DNA from: a virus
Lineage: Duplodnaviria; Caudoviricetes
Length of the DNA: 54,745 nt
Strand: one strand, 5' to 3'
Virus record (IMG/VR): IMGVR_UViG_3300023210_000042
Span: 1-54,745 of that record
Below, piece after piece: positions 39,901 through 47,900 of the stretch. Position 1 is the stretch's first letter, and each line of letters begins with the position of its first letter. Below the pieces are notes generated by a model. That model was not told the DNA's origin and ran no database searches. It was given only the letters and a program-made list of their open reading frames with translations. Position numbers and translations under genes: made by a program.

Positions 39901-40889
39901 CACAAGCTGCGTTTAAAACTGCAGCAGCTTCACCAACAATAATTGGTGATGTCTTAGGAGTTATGGGTTACATGATTAACTACAAGCGTAACATTGCCAA
40001 TGGAATGAGTAAGGCTGATGCTGTAAAAGCTTTTAATGATTACAATGCTACACAGCAATCACGAAGAGGTACAGATAAAATTCCGCTTCAAATGAACAGC
40101 AATATATTTAATCGTGCATTTACCATGTTTGGTAGTACATTATTCCTGCAGATGAATAAAGTTATGCAGAGCACTACTAACATTACTAGAGACATATCTA
40201 ACAAGAAAAGGCCACGTTCAAAAGACACTAGAGATTTAGCTTTGAACTTAGCTGTAGCCAACGTGTTGTTTGTAGGTGTATCTAACATAGCTAAATTTGT
40301 TAAGGGGGATGACGAGGATAAAGAGGCGGCACTCAAGAAAATGGCTGAAGCAATGATGGGATTAAATCTTATCTATCAAATACCATTCTTAGGCTCTACA
40401 ATAGAGGGGTTTGATGTGGCAGGTAGAACAATATCTGCTGTCAAAGGAGAAGAGTATAAGCAGAAAGGTAGAATCTTTAATGATGATATCGTCAATCCTG
40501 TTGCTAGTGTGATACAAAAGTACAGAAAGCTTACTAAGAATGATGAGAATAAAGTCGGAGCTGTAGTAAGAGCATTAACTGAGATTACAATAGGCGCACA
40601 GCTTGACCCATTTATTGGTTTATATAATTACTTTGCAGGTGAAGAAGAGGACGTAGACCCAGCAATGTATGATGTACTTGGTATATCTCCATCTTACCGA
40701 CCTAAGAATGAGGGTGGTGAAACAAAATCAATGAGCAAGTCAGATATGAAAAAATTTATGCCAGGGGTTTATGAAGATTTGTATGGGCCTGGAGGAAGCT
40801 TAGAGCCTATCGAACAGATAAAGAAAGACGAGAGAAAAAGAAAGCGTGACCTTCAGAAAGAGATAGACGCAGCTATGGGTCTTGATTAA
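30927..40889 (+). CDS. giant internal virion/polyvalent protein with zincin-like motifs
   Basis: 3320 aa, no Cys; Gly/Ala-rich membrane-like segment; HDFFGH (35235-35252) and HEFGH (36963-36977) plus downstream EEALA. Confidence 0.75.
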   Translation: MNEQALIDSFELFQQEGYNGTIDDFKKLMANNDNALNDMFGLFVDQGYRKSKEDYAVLIGAQPPKTVKKKDTSESTLDDGLLEQFNIDDYTKKEKPDFREELLLKVQDNTRMPREATLKNPPIQSPKLQGEPVDMAQVLADINAETRTTEEIRQQEMDAFLKQEKLDQEAALEQAKINQALLTQSEGFQNDLAAINADLIGQENQDVIPLLKQKFQKYGFTFEESGMGDGVLVTNFDGTQTIDIDLDPFTTSTEILESQKLKNFLSQHALEEFETNELLDFEGQSAKAQDLRRIGRINPNGTTSTVLMTSYEEDGKHYAIPTLFPKNPEWYGSSSGDWMQLDFQEAKKVAEERGEVFQFDTEEEAQRFAEGAWKDTHSTDAVGKKIYSEVGLNFKSEKEKYDEYLKVRDEVDFIENEMGITFSGQDLKAKGLERRLDQLSEEEQKKFGSLYVNGQLRDDFREVIKELSKRENELYDEVNTEELIALREKYDLTLQKKYSAIAKDASRANYEAMAFEDALQVQSLQTFGVRLEDLTDIEAKTEEEAQILDKFKVQKVSLNAEKQHAANIYEAAKTFYSSKYDKTIMDEFEEGASAVYSELRKGLNDGNASEIILQLSTGLAFDFQSLDLDNEEDRKKAAEMIVALKTKNRDKKDSKALSRWNRAEGFRESMDAFLRNPAETALAFAANSIGMMAPYGMEIVTGTTATSAGIGAGLGATGFVTGPGGVLTTTGGAIAGGTKGLKAGFALTALAMEYTNEYFAAMEAEGYDVLNAKDVELAMQDEDVWALAKERGLKRGIPIAMVDYLTAGLAGRIFKVGKVATRTKKIASQLAERFVLDPIGEMAGEAAAQVAVGDELDFKEIAAEGIGGFGNNSSMMVVNKLIDARNMSNIELASKLTDINYLVNEKESDTRISAWTNNMVELGKINEDQGQRIQKNLGLSKDADNMLDFGSGKNKPKNKIVKARLMELLSAKEEYSADTNRREVFGQKIKDINGEIAYLLENKTLAPDNQRAKIEAIFSPGVEVGDVRAGLSQYVIDGKSYSKQDFLKKLGKMSASQLLKFNGKVANDEEVANQLKDKIDAVQKPETEGVDARQQTGDSQGVGTGVPIQETTELETTETEQVASPIQDNLQDNETVVQTEEDAKGRVFTTTKQESVRERDGMKVTKFKFNRSDKATDQRNDSFVSEEVALADTNYEINPEDRLNLQEGETATYEINEIREGDTGVGASVKFTTIDADGNKIGSFQGDVTLVEKPEVDRKKERNIANTNENTNEKTNPEVAAGNRLFSEPLQEATEIEARVKERTGIDTPKGERITKLDEERSNRISEAYEKQESNPNDPEVQASYKALIDETIAQYEDIIANGYTLEMSDTEYKNSSDMISDLRDNKTMRIFSTEEGFGFEGITDADRASNPMLAPTSFKDKNGKPLLANDVFRFVHDFFGHSTEGNSFGPIGEENAWNVHSRMYSPVARRAMTTETRGQNSWVNFSGVNEKAFALRDEARALRKEGKFEEAEAKVKEAYDTMKFAEQKVMLLPEEFTLLPEETPEGIALAQEVADLEASIENPSQFQLDDTSITPERKKALEDRALKLMEKVQPELSEKSFTVEETNLPTTPIVVTENTKLANKVGKMSVKDLQDKRINLVMADLLKVDEKRMGGAFFGLQEGIYGKQIAWASITPPAARNIIRGSINSDYTVVYMMKPEAVDSNVVLLDTLTDKIKQSPNRKAIFNAMMKHLSINKFGKKTEVVNNIGKNSKTLVEFTVEFEKLDVDTKAKIFKTVLPRAGVNAGTDVGKLFQAEGISQESVREENLEQFAKDLPMGSMTMVLKITDSSGNKITKNNIDDAIVMPEQQRAEDIKEHRNYPVYIRGEVVAMLSDTVPFWAVNKNILSTIDAKIDGLIKTKTTEKERSKGAADTKPTTARQARGGAMRTASMSAGNSFVVQPSSKTNYEKFISKLTKSFPNTEVVTDQKEFDNLVSDLSAKALMTKNQKVYGAVYNGKLYLNPALENYDTPVHEFGHLWLNTAKELAPDTYKKGLSLIEGTEYEAAVRNSEAYQQVIKQMIADGATETEINEYILEEALATAIGNKGDSFASAAQKKNFRAWLNELFDFIKKLTGISKLTPEQIQDLSLDEFTDAVVVDLLSENKAFENAETAVLSDSLQLMTTSNSSMTDIINMSRDKGFSDASIKQVLKGRGFKVADITTAMEVNVDAFTQLPEAFGRVEGGVKEGMQLFKDVRESLSKFVTPEKTLSDVRQKAMDLIKENPIYKAQPEQTQMEILVDFDKTLDTRSNVAVQKEIAAIKNNLRQRKINSQNLKAAQIQLRNYIRKALPKSKTYTQAQINKLISRVTKSTVDTFQADTEYIMNIVDQQKVKMKNALVKDMLKLVKAKAMTAFTKSGKRRAKGLSKEGTAYFKAVKQILTADVDALNKIQEDLQSESSEINNLIEKQQDGQKLTQIEQAKVNLALAMDTFGDVSNMSLEEVQDLMQQLKDVRAESIATFKSRRLARVEANKKMKEEADNQIKDTNPMLFDADGNVLNRNERNARRNEILSHFRNFEIGKGLSSLSERMKFSTAKDFIQNMKQMFQHLGTLSNVLDRVTQGKNFFTKNIYDALNRMDDLNNGGLFQTQKKLDDIANTIPGITKGVKQIYSKLNSGVHILKLKRSDTGREYTDRFNADELMRIYALSLNDTQRQKLEAQGITPEVIENIKSIIGPEAVEFTDKTVNFLSNEYYESVNDVYSYVNDVNLGYVNNYFPTSTIQKETTKKMITDGDFNGVFNAESAPAFKERVDMRSDVDLHAGTFTTVLKNHVDTMEKYKAYAVGTQRLNALFKIDSVNVLLEEMGVTAPIKKAVNFAINPDSGKDASLSVKLIARLQTQFTGFALAFKAIQILKQATSFVNAYSDYSYFSSDSKVPRVVQAAVDLPMFMFDGARVALSLGKDLVGKKGAVREAMEISPTFRKRVEQGLEGDVYGLESGSQTFKKTALTGGKLKRAQAAFKTAAASPTIIGDVLGVMGYMINYKRNIANGMSKADAVKAFNDYNATQQSRRGTDKIPLQMNSNIFNRAFTMFGSTLFLQMNKVMQSTTNITRDISNKKRPRSKDTRDLALNLAVANVLFVGVSNIAKFVKGDDEDKEAALKKMAEAMMGLNLIYQIPFLGSTIEGFDVAGRTISAVKGEEYKQKGRIFNDDIVNPVASVIQKYRKLTKNDENKVGAVVRALTEITIGAQLDPFIGLYNYFAGEEEDVDPAMYDVLGISPSYRPKNEGGETKSMSKSDMKKFMPGVYEDLYGPGGSLEPIEQIKKDERKRKRDLQKEIDAAMGLD

Positions 40890-41260
40890 TAATACCTAGC
40901 GTACTTAAAAGTTTTTTGCTTTGGGTACTGCACAACTAGCTCTGAGTTTAGTTCTGTAGTGCCCATCCAAGATACAGTTCCGTATATTTCTTTTACCTTA
41001 CCATACATAATACCATCTTCACAGGCCCATATTATAACTGGATTCAATCTTTTTAATGTAAGCTGAGATAGTTTGTTTAATGATACTGCTAGTGGATAGC
41101 AGTCAGTTACCTTTTTTTTTGTAGGTATTACCAGCACAAAAGCTATAAGATTATTTTCTTTATCGTATACCCTGAAATCTACATCGTCAGGACCAAGCTT
41201 CTTATAGCTGCCACTAAACCTTTCGGTAAATTTATTTATTGCCTTTACCTTTTCGGTCAT
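40886..41260 (-). CDS. hypothetical protein, possibly a degenerate PD-(D/E)XK fold
   Basis: Start reassigned to ATG 41260 (TAATG overlap); DVDFRVY...IAFVLV lacks the ExK. Confidence 0.55.
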   Translation of the reverse strand: MTEKVKAINKFTERFSGSYKKLGPDDVDFRVYDKENNLIAFVLVIPTKKKVTDCYPLAVSLNKLSQLTLKRLNPVIIWACEDGIMYGKVKEIYGTVSWMGTTELNSELVVQYPKQKTFKYARYY

Positions 41261-41979
41261 TACAATTCCATGAGTCTGTTTATAGCTGTGTGTCCACCAA
41301 TCACAACCCCACATCCTATCGCTTGTTTCTTAAAGTTCTTTGCGTATGCAGCAGCATAAGCTGTGCTATCTACGCCACACCCCACCTGCATTCCAAACAC
41401 CTTGAAGTTTCTTCCAACCATCCACTCGGTATATGCTTGTGTATGTATGTGTCCCTGAACTGTGGACATCATGTCATTCTTTGATTTAGTTCTAGCTGTC
41501 CCACCTTCTCCATGTACGTATTGTACACCATCATACACGACTCTATCAACCCAGTTCCAGTTAGTTCCAAGAACTTCGTTGTAGGATTTAATCCAGCGTT
41601 TAGGTATCTGAGAATCAAAAGCTTTGCGCATTATTATTCTGTCATGGTTTCCTATACACACATCTGCTACAGGAAACTCTTCAACCCACTTCTGCACCTC
41701 CTGTATAGCATAGTCTAGTTCATCTCCACCACCCATACCATCAGGGTCTGTAGCGTGAAAAGAACTGTAGTGGTTGTCAATTATATCACCAATGAATATT
41801 ACTTGGTTGCAGTTGTATTTAGCATAGGTGTCCTTACAGAAATCAAAGTATTCTGGAAGTTCAAAGGGAGCGTGTATATCTCCAATCACCAGAATTCTTT
41901 TTTCTTTTTGAGTCAGGTTATCAAATGCTGCTTTCCTGTTGCCACTTAGTCGTGGTCTAAAATCTTTTCTATAAGTCAT
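41260..41979 (-). CDS. calcineurin-like metallophosphoesterase
   Basis: GDIH, IGDIID, GNHD, HG and GHIH motifs. Confidence 0.9.
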   Translation of the reverse strand: MTYRKDFRPRLSGNRKAAFDNLTQKEKRILVIGDIHAPFELPEYFDFCKDTYAKYNCNQVIFIGDIIDNHYSSFHATDPDGMGGGDELDYAIQEVQKWVEEFPVADVCIGNHDRIIMRKAFDSQIPKRWIKSYNEVLGTNWNWVDRVVYDGVQYVHGEGGTARTKSKNDMMSTVQGHIHTQAYTEWMVGRNFKVFGMQVGCGVDSTAYAAAYAKNFKKQAIGCGVVIGGHTAINRLMEL

Positions 41980-42160
41980 CGTCCATTGATTCTATCATTG
42001 ATTTTAATCGTAGGATTAATTTCTTGGTAATTTCTTTGCACTCGTTGTAGTCATGGTCTATTAAAGACTCATATATCTCATCACAAGAGTCGTGAAGTTC
42101 TTTCGTTATTGTATTAACGTGTTTAACTCTTTCGTTCTCTAATAATGTTAGACGTTCCAT
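41969..42160 (-). CDS. hypothetical protein
   Basis: 63 aa, coupled ORF. Confidence 0.6.
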   Translation of the reverse strand: MERLTLLENERVKHVNTITKELHDSCDEIYESLIDHDYNECKEITKKLILRLKSMIESMDDDL

Positions 42161-42396
42161 TAATCCTTATCCATTGCAACCAATAGGGGTTGGCCTACTT
42201 TTGGGTTTATATTTTTTATTGCTCTATATATTCTTCTAGAGTTTTTCTTAACTTCAAACCTTTCTGCTTTTGTTGAATCAGTTCCTAGGTTTGTGTACAT
42301 ATTACAATCAATCCGTAAGAGCTCATCAATTTTTTTCCTTTCGCTCCAAGATTTAAACTCCGTTATTTTTTCTATGTCGTTAATTCTATATTCCAT
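42160..42396 (-). CDS. hypothetical protein
   Basis: 78 aa, coupled ORF. Confidence 0.65.
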   Translation of the reverse strand: MEYRINDIEKITEFKSWSERKKIDELLRIDCNMYTNLGTDSTKAERFEVKKNSRRIYRAIKNINPKVGQPLLVAMDKD

Positions 42397-42898
42397 TTAA
42401 GTATGTGTTTAGTTTTCTAGTGGCTTCCTTAACATTCTTTGGTCTCACCCTTTCATCTATTAATTTATATAGCTCAGGGTATGTTTCGGCTCGTTTTTTA
42501 TACGTTTCATGCTCTAAATTTAAACGACCTATCTCCAAAGATAGTTTTTTTATTTTATTTTCCAAAGAAAATATTAAATTTCTACACTCTTCTAGCTCTA
42601 AAGTGTTAGCAATATGGTCTGTTTCATTGTAAATTCTAGCGCAAGTTAGATACATATCCCATAATCTTTCATCTGGTTTGATAAAATATTTAAAGTTTTT
42701 ATTGTAGTGAAGTATAGTTGCGTGGTTTTTATTTAAGCTCTTAGCTATTCTAGACGCAGTCATAAATTCAGAGTCTCTAAGTATTCGAGAGTAGACCATC
42801 CTTGCCTCAACCACCTCTCTCTTCCTGGTTTTCTTCATAACATCAACCTCAAAAACCTGATTGACAATATCTTTTAATCTTTCTTCTGTGTATTTCAT
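42386..42898 (-). CDS. DnaA domain IV-like HTH protein with coiled coil
   Basis: KTRKREVVEARMVYSRILR...IAKSLNKNHATILH parallels DnaA R...V..RQ.AM...IG..F..DHTTV.H. Confidence 0.7.
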   Translation of the reverse strand: MKYTEERLKDIVNQVFEVDVMKKTRKREVVEARMVYSRILRDSEFMTASRIAKSLNKNHATILHYNKNFKYFIKPDERLWDMYLTCARIYNETDHIANTLELEECRNLIFSLENKIKKLSLEIGRLNLEHETYKKRAETYPELYKLIDERVRPKNVKEATRKLNTYLNGI

Positions 42899-43212
42899 AT
42901 TAGTATTTGATTTAGTAAATGATAATCTAGATACTCATCGCTTTCAATAATATCTAGGTCTATATAAATTGTATTTTCTCCTTTTTCTTTTATATATTCT
43001 ACTGCAAAAAAGACTGGAGGTTCAACTTGTCTTACAACTCCTGCGTATGTGCTTGACCAGTTATCAGTTTCTGGTAAGTATTCAGCATTCCAGTCTATTT
43101 GTGATGCTATTTGCATCCCAACTTTAGATGGTAATTGTCTCAAGATGTCAATAAAAAAATCATCAACCTCGTAGTCTACTTCACCCTCTATATACCTCAG
43201 TCTTAACCCCAT
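42895..43212 (-). CDS. hypothetical acidic protein
   Basis: 105 aa ORF in the operon. Confidence 0.6.
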   Translation of the reverse strand: MGLRLRYIEGEVDYEVDDFFIDILRQLPSKVGMQIASQIDWNAEYLPETDNWSSTYAGVVRQVEPPVFFAVEYIKEKGENTIYIDLDIIESDEYLDYHLLNQILI

Positions 43213-43420
43213 GCGTTTTTAGTTCTTTTAATCTGTATTCCTGAAGAGCAGATACTTTACCATTAGGTTTTTTAACTTCACTAAAAAGAACATCACTGTC
43301 TGGAGGTATAGCTATAAGGTCTGGTATTCCATTCTTATTTGTCTTGATTAACTTAATAACGTAGTAACCCTCGGACTCAAGTTGTTGAATTCTTTTCTTC
43401 TGTATCTGCTGCTCAGTCAT
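43181..43420 (-). CDS. VRR-NUC domain nuclease
   Basis: E..IQ...GIPDLI...FSEVK...G..S.LQ. Confidence 0.85.
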   Translation of the reverse strand: MTEQQIQKKRIQQLESEGYYVIKLIKTNKNGIPDLIAIPPDSDVLFSEVKKPNGKVSALQEYRLKELKTHGVKTEVYRG

Positions 43421-43790
43421 CTATCACAAAGTTACAAATTTCTTTTATAGGTATTAGTACAGACATTGACGTATTATTATCTCCCATTGCTTTGATGCTT
43501 CCTTTTTTAAAATACATTCTAGAAACCTTCTTAAGTAGTTCGGTTTCAAAAACATACATTACCTTATCTTGGTATGCTCCAGAGAATATAATAATCCAGT
43601 AGTCTGCTTCTGTTGTAGCTATCCCTGATGGCTTACCTCTACTCTCGTATTCAATAGCAATGTTTCCTGATATGGAAACCCAGCTATCCCTTTTCACCTC
43701 AACCAGTTTGTCTTTAAACAAAGAGTCAACTATACGCTCACCCTCCTTACCTATCTCAAGGTCATATCTGAAGTCGTTGTTAAAATTCAT
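43413..43790 (-). CDS. PD-(D/E)XK-family nuclease-like protein
   Basis: VEVKRD...SGNIAIEYESRGKPSGIATTEADYW. Confidence 0.65.
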   Translation of the reverse strand: MNFNNDFRYDLEIGKEGERIVDSLFKDKLVEVKRDSWVSISGNIAIEYESRGKPSGIATTEADYWIIIFSGAYQDKVMYVFETELLKKVSRMYFKKGSIKAMGDNNTSMSVLIPIKEICNFVIDD

Positions 43791-43884
43791 CCCTCCAATC
43801 TTCAGGCCATATCTTTTTTCCTATAGCTTTTCCTACTATTATTACTACCCAGGCTATACATACCCAACCAATTGCTTCTATCAT
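43780..43884 (-). CDS. small membrane peptide (34 aa)
   Basis: Manually translated: MIEAIGWVCIAWVVIIVGKAIGKKIWPEDWRDEF; fills the gap exactly. Confidence 0.55.
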   Translation of the reverse strand: MIEAIGWVCIAWVVIIVGKAIGKKIWPEDWRDEF

Positions 43885-43889
43885 GATAT

Positions 43890-45131
43890 TTAATTTAAAG
43901 TTAATAAATCTTTTTTAAAGTGACGCAAGGTATAGTCTTTCTTCTTGGTCACTGCTTTGTATATCTGTTTCTCTATACCTCCTTTAGCAAACACCCAGTA
44001 CACATCGGACTCTAGCCTTTCCTTGGTTGTCATCCTGTCTCTTGACTGCCAGTAGCTGGTGGCAGAGAAGTCTATGTTATAGTACACAAGAGCCTCGGCC
44101 TTACGTAAGCTTATACCCTCACGCCCTGACACAATCTGAAGTGCTATGGTTTTATTAGTGCTGTTGAACTCATCTAGTTCTGTGCACAAGTCATCTCCAT
44201 ATACCTCTTTTAATGCCTTGAGTTCCTGTTTAAATTTGTAGAAGATTCCAATCTTCATACCAAAAAACTGTTTGCGTATAAACTCAGCTTTGCTTAGGTC
44301 TAGTATAGTGGAGTTGCCTGACTCAAACTTCACAGTTCCAGAATACATTTGATGAAGTTTCATCATAAGTTTTACTGGAGTATCAGCGAGTATCACCTCT
44401 TCATTTCCCTCCACCACCAAATCTTTTTGAAGCTTTTTAGTTAACTGATAAGTTAACTTACTCATCTCACACTCTAGCACATGCTCCCTTGTATCAACCT
44501 TGAAACCTGCTTCCTTCTGTGTGTAAGCTATAGTGTATGGCTTCATCTTTTCAATAATAGAATCACGACCTCTGCTATAATCCCTTATGTACATGCTGTT
44601 TATCTTTCGCTCTCTAACATCAACGTAGTCGTGACAGAATTTATAAAAGCTTTGGTACTGACGAAAAGGATTATTCGGAATACCGAACACCTGATGGTAC
44701 ATTTGACTGTACGACTCAGGTGTTGGTGTTCCTGACAACAAACAGACATCACAATCTGTTTTCCTTATAATACTTTTAACGTCTCTAGCTCTCTTGTTTG
44801 GCTTAGGAAATGCTCCCATTCCATGAGCTTCGTCTAAGATAACACAATCCCACTTAATATTAGGGAGTTTATGCATGCTTTCATAATTAATTACAAACAA
44901 AACAAATGGTGTTGGATACATCATTTCATTGTCTTTAACTATAGAGCTGATGGCTTTCTTCTTGGTAAGAAACAACACGTTTTTATATCCCATTCTCTCC
45001 ACTATCCCTAAGCTTGTAAGGGTTTTACCGGTCCTAACTTCCATCGCTAGATAAACAAAACCTTTCTTCTTAATTATCTCTACTCCTGTATCGATAATTC
45101 TTTTTTGATAATCTCTAAATTGAATTGCCAT
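43890..45131 (-). CDS. SF2 (SNF2-like) helicase
   Basis: MEVRTGKT, ILDEAH, LSGTP, GREGISL and QSRDR motifs. Confidence 0.88.
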   Translation of the reverse strand: MAIQFRDYQKRIIDTGVEIIKKKGFVYLAMEVRTGKTLTSLGIVERMGYKNVLFLTKKKAISSIVKDNEMMYPTPFVLFVINYESMHKLPNIKWDCVILDEAHGMGAFPKPNKRARDVKSIIRKTDCDVCLLSGTPTPESYSQMYHQVFGIPNNPFRQYQSFYKFCHDYVDVRERKINSMYIRDYSRGRDSIIEKMKPYTIAYTQKEAGFKVDTREHVLECEMSKLTYQLTKKLQKDLVVEGNEEVILADTPVKLMMKLHQMYSGTVKFESGNSTILDLSKAEFIRKQFFGMKIGIFYKFKQELKALKEVYGDDLCTELDEFNSTNKTIALQIVSGREGISLRKAEALVYYNIDFSATSYWQSRDRMTTKERLESDVYWVFAKGGIEKQIYKAVTKKKDYTLRHFKKDLLTLN

Positions 45132-45342
45132 CTATATATTTTTTTATTTCTGAACACTTCTCATAGTCTTCAATCGTTTCAAAATATTCCAGCATTCCAT
45201 CCATCTCGTCTCTAGTTGGCTTGCCCTTGGGATTGTGTGCAAACCAACCTGTCTCACCCCTTAAAAGCTCCTTTGCGTTTTTATCACGAATAATAACGGC
45301 ATAGGAATTTATAAACGCTATATGTATTTCGTCCTCGTTCAT
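45115..45342 (-). CDS. hypothetical protein
   Basis: 75 aa; C-terminal EYFE..EDYEKC..I helix pair. Confidence 0.6.
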   Translation of the reverse strand: MNEDEIHIAFINSYAVIIRDKNAKELLRGETGWFAHNPKGKPTRDEMDGMLEYFETIEDYEKCSEIKKYIDGNSI

Positions 45343-47759
45343 TAAAGTAGTGATGTTTGTGGGTTAACCTCGTCTTCTTTCTTGAGTCTTATCCATCTAC
45401 CAGAAGCATCTCTACCCTTCTCTGGTTGAGCTCCTGTTTTATACACAGCATAAGCAGCAAGCCACTTATTAAATCTAACCTGTGATATAGACAACCTAGA
45501 TTTCGGACCATAGTCTGGATACTCAGAAATAAAATCTAAATATAAATTATTAGTATGTATCCTTGAGTTCACACGTATGGATGCTCCAGCATCACTACCT
45601 TCAATTAATCCTAACCACTCAATGAAATCATGCGATGACTCTGCTGATAGTTGTCTAATTTTTAGATTGACAAACTTACTTTTAACTAATCCTGTTTTTA
45701 AATAAGACATCATACATCCAACCATATAGTTGTCAAACTTGCACCAGTCTTCATCATTCCAGTCTCCAAACATTAGCTTACCAAACTCATCTATTGGTGT
45801 GTAGTTTTTATTGTAGTGCTGGTATAGTTCTAATTCCCATTTACGTCTAGCAAAAGAATTACCTGCTCCTTTGATAGCGTAGTTAGTGGTGATAGAAATC
45901 TTAGGTGATTTACTGAAAGGAATTTTGATAGCATCCTTATTCTTTTTCTCCAAGGTTAACCCCTCAGTAACTACACTAAACAATCTCTCAAAGTCAAAGC
46001 CTTTTTTTACATCGTCAAATACAAGTATCTGAGTATCTGCTGATACTAACTGATAAGCGAATGACCTTTCAAATGTAAAAGACTTTCCATCTATAGTAAC
46101 AACCTTCTTCATTTTCTGAAGTGCGTTCATAAATAACCCTTTGCCTGTCCCACCTTCAGGATTGTCTGATATAACCTCATCGTTTAGTATAATCGCTGGG
46201 CTATAAGAAAGATTCTTATATCCATGCATGAGATATCCTATTGTAGATTCCATAGATTTTATTCTACCCTCATCTGCAGCACAAATATTTTTTATAAACT
46301 GTTTGTAATCACAGTCTCCTATCTCACATTTATTAAACACCCTATCTATTACGTGGTCTTTCCAAACAAAACCATTAAGGTCTATGTAGTCTATAACCTC
46401 TACATCATCCTTAGTTACCTTAATAGCACAGTTGTTGTAGTAAAGGTATGAGGTGTTTTTATTGTCCTCAACAAAGTAGATGTCAATCGTAGATAGAAGT
46501 GTCAGGAAATCCTCTCTAAAGTATCTTACCTGGTCTGCAAAGTGATTGTAAATTGAAGCATCGTCTAGCTCTATCACAGTGTTTAAAACAAAATCCTTTA
46601 TCTGCTTCTCGTCTGTGTGGTCTACTAAGTTATTAGTAACCTTTACAAACACATAGTTTCTTCCTCCCTCTGGAGAAAATTTATAGAAGCCATTGTCCTC
46701 AAGGAACTGCTTGAATAGTATATGCACTATCTTTATTACACCCTTGTCTGATTTAGTCCAGAACTGTTTCTGTTGATTCTCTTCCTCAACCCTATTGAGC
46801 ACCGCCTCTATTACATTTGCTTCTACATGGCTGTCTTCTAGCTGCGACTTGATTTCTTTTTTTGATGTGCCTCGCCTAAGCTTCACTCGTATATTGTTAA
46901 CCCTCTCTTCATCTTCATAATACTTTGTGCCAAAGTTTTGAGTCTGAGCATAGGCTGAGTTTATAGTCTGGTTTATTTCATTCTCAGAAAAGTCAGCTGT
47001 TCTGTAGTTCTGTAGCACATATCCTGCAAGAGATTTATTAACGCCGAAGTCATTAAATGCTGATGCTAATACATAGCAGTTGTTATTACGCTGACCCTCA
47101 ACCATAGGGTATTTTTTATTCCACCACTTCACAAGTATCTCTACAATCTTATTCTCGTCTGTGATTGGTATGGTTGGAATATCTAATCTAGTGTTTACTT
47201 CAGTATATTCCTTTTCTTTAATCTCCTCCCATACACTTGAGTTCTTGTTCACATAAATCAATGGGTCGTATGACTCGTAGCATACCCTTGATATATTTTT
47301 ACACGTTGTATCGAAGTGAGAGTTATTAAAGTGTACCTCTAAGCTATTGAAATAGTTTACATGATTATCTACATCTTGTGGTATCTTAACAAGAGCTTTG
47401 AGTCCTTTTCCGGATGGTGATATGAACACAGAAAAGACATAGTTGCTCTTAGTTAGCTTCTCCTTGTCTGTTAATAACTCCTTGTTGCTTTCGTATCCAT
47501 CAAAATCTAAACAGATATAACCTGAGTGCTCTATTATCGAAGCATCGTTCCTTTTGTTAAATGTTCCTGAGAAACAAATAGCCGGTAGGTTTTTCTTTAG
47601 CTCATTCCTTTGAGACTTATCTTTCTCTGTTCGTATTCTTTTTACCAAGTCCTTGGTAGCACCTCCCTTTATTCTCTCAAGAATAAAATCCACGCTTCTA
47701 AAGAAGGGTGTTGAGGTCTCTTTAATGTTCTGAAAAATTGTGATTTCTTTTGCTGTCAT
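45342..47759 (-). CDS. primase-helicase (VirE-N/BT4734-like primase domain, PriCT-like linker, SF3 helicase)
   Basis: LPAICFSG, CLDFD, FISPSGKGLK, GQRNN; C-terminal GGTGKG Walker A, VFDDV Walker B, ITTN sensor. Confidence 0.85.
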   Translation of the reverse strand: MTAKEITIFQNIKETSTPFFRSVDFILERIKGGATKDLVKRIRTEKDKSQRNELKKNLPAICFSGTFNKRNDASIIEHSGYICLDFDGYESNKELLTDKEKLTKSNYVFSVFISPSGKGLKALVKIPQDVDNHVNYFNSLEVHFNNSHFDTTCKNISRVCYESYDPLIYVNKNSSVWEEIKEKEYTEVNTRLDIPTIPITDENKIVEILVKWWNKKYPMVEGQRNNNCYVLASAFNDFGVNKSLAGYVLQNYRTADFSENEINQTINSAYAQTQNFGTKYYEDEERVNNIRVKLRRGTSKKEIKSQLEDSHVEANVIEAVLNRVEEENQQKQFWTKSDKGVIKIVHILFKQFLEDNGFYKFSPEGGRNYVFVKVTNNLVDHTDEKQIKDFVLNTVIELDDASIYNHFADQVRYFREDFLTLLSTIDIYFVEDNKNTSYLYYNNCAIKVTKDDVEVIDYIDLNGFVWKDHVIDRVFNKCEIGDCDYKQFIKNICAADEGRIKSMESTIGYLMHGYKNLSYSPAIILNDEVISDNPEGGTGKGLFMNALQKMKKVVTIDGKSFTFERSFAYQLVSADTQILVFDDVKKGFDFERLFSVVTEGLTLEKKNKDAIKIPFSKSPKISITTNYAIKGAGNSFARRKWELELYQHYNKNYTPIDEFGKLMFGDWNDEDWCKFDNYMVGCMMSYLKTGLVKSKFVNLKIRQLSAESSHDFIEWLGLIEGSDAGASIRVNSRIHTNNLYLDFISEYPDYGPKSRLSISQVRFNKWLAAYAVYKTGAQPEKGRDASGRWIRLKKEDEVNPQTSLL

Positions 47760-47774
47760 GCTGTGTTTGATTTA

Positions 47775-47803
47775 TTTGTGTCGACTTTGTGTCGACTTTG
47801 TGT
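47775..47803. repeat. 11-bp tandem repeat (TTTGTGTCGAC x2.6), possible iteron
   Basis: tttgtgtcgac-tttgtgtcgac-tttgtgt directly upstream of the primase-helicase gene. Confidence 0.7.
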
Positions 47804-47900
47804 TACCTAACTGACTGATTATCAGTAGTTGTGTTGAGAATGTTAACTTTTAAGCTACATATAGGAAGTAAATATAAATAAATATATTAAACTAATAGTC
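47775..47900. other. candidate replication origin
   Basis: Non-coding gap with a tandem repeat, an IHF-consensus match (AATCAGTCAGTTA on -, 47808-47820) and an AT-rich tract at ~47865-47900. Confidence 0.4.

Noticed and set aside
1733-40336. Antisense ORFs inside + strand genes (for example 2327-2602, 7729-8010, 12066-12449, 33008-33316)
   Set aside because: They are shadows of codon bias in well-supported genes and carry no motifs or promoters.
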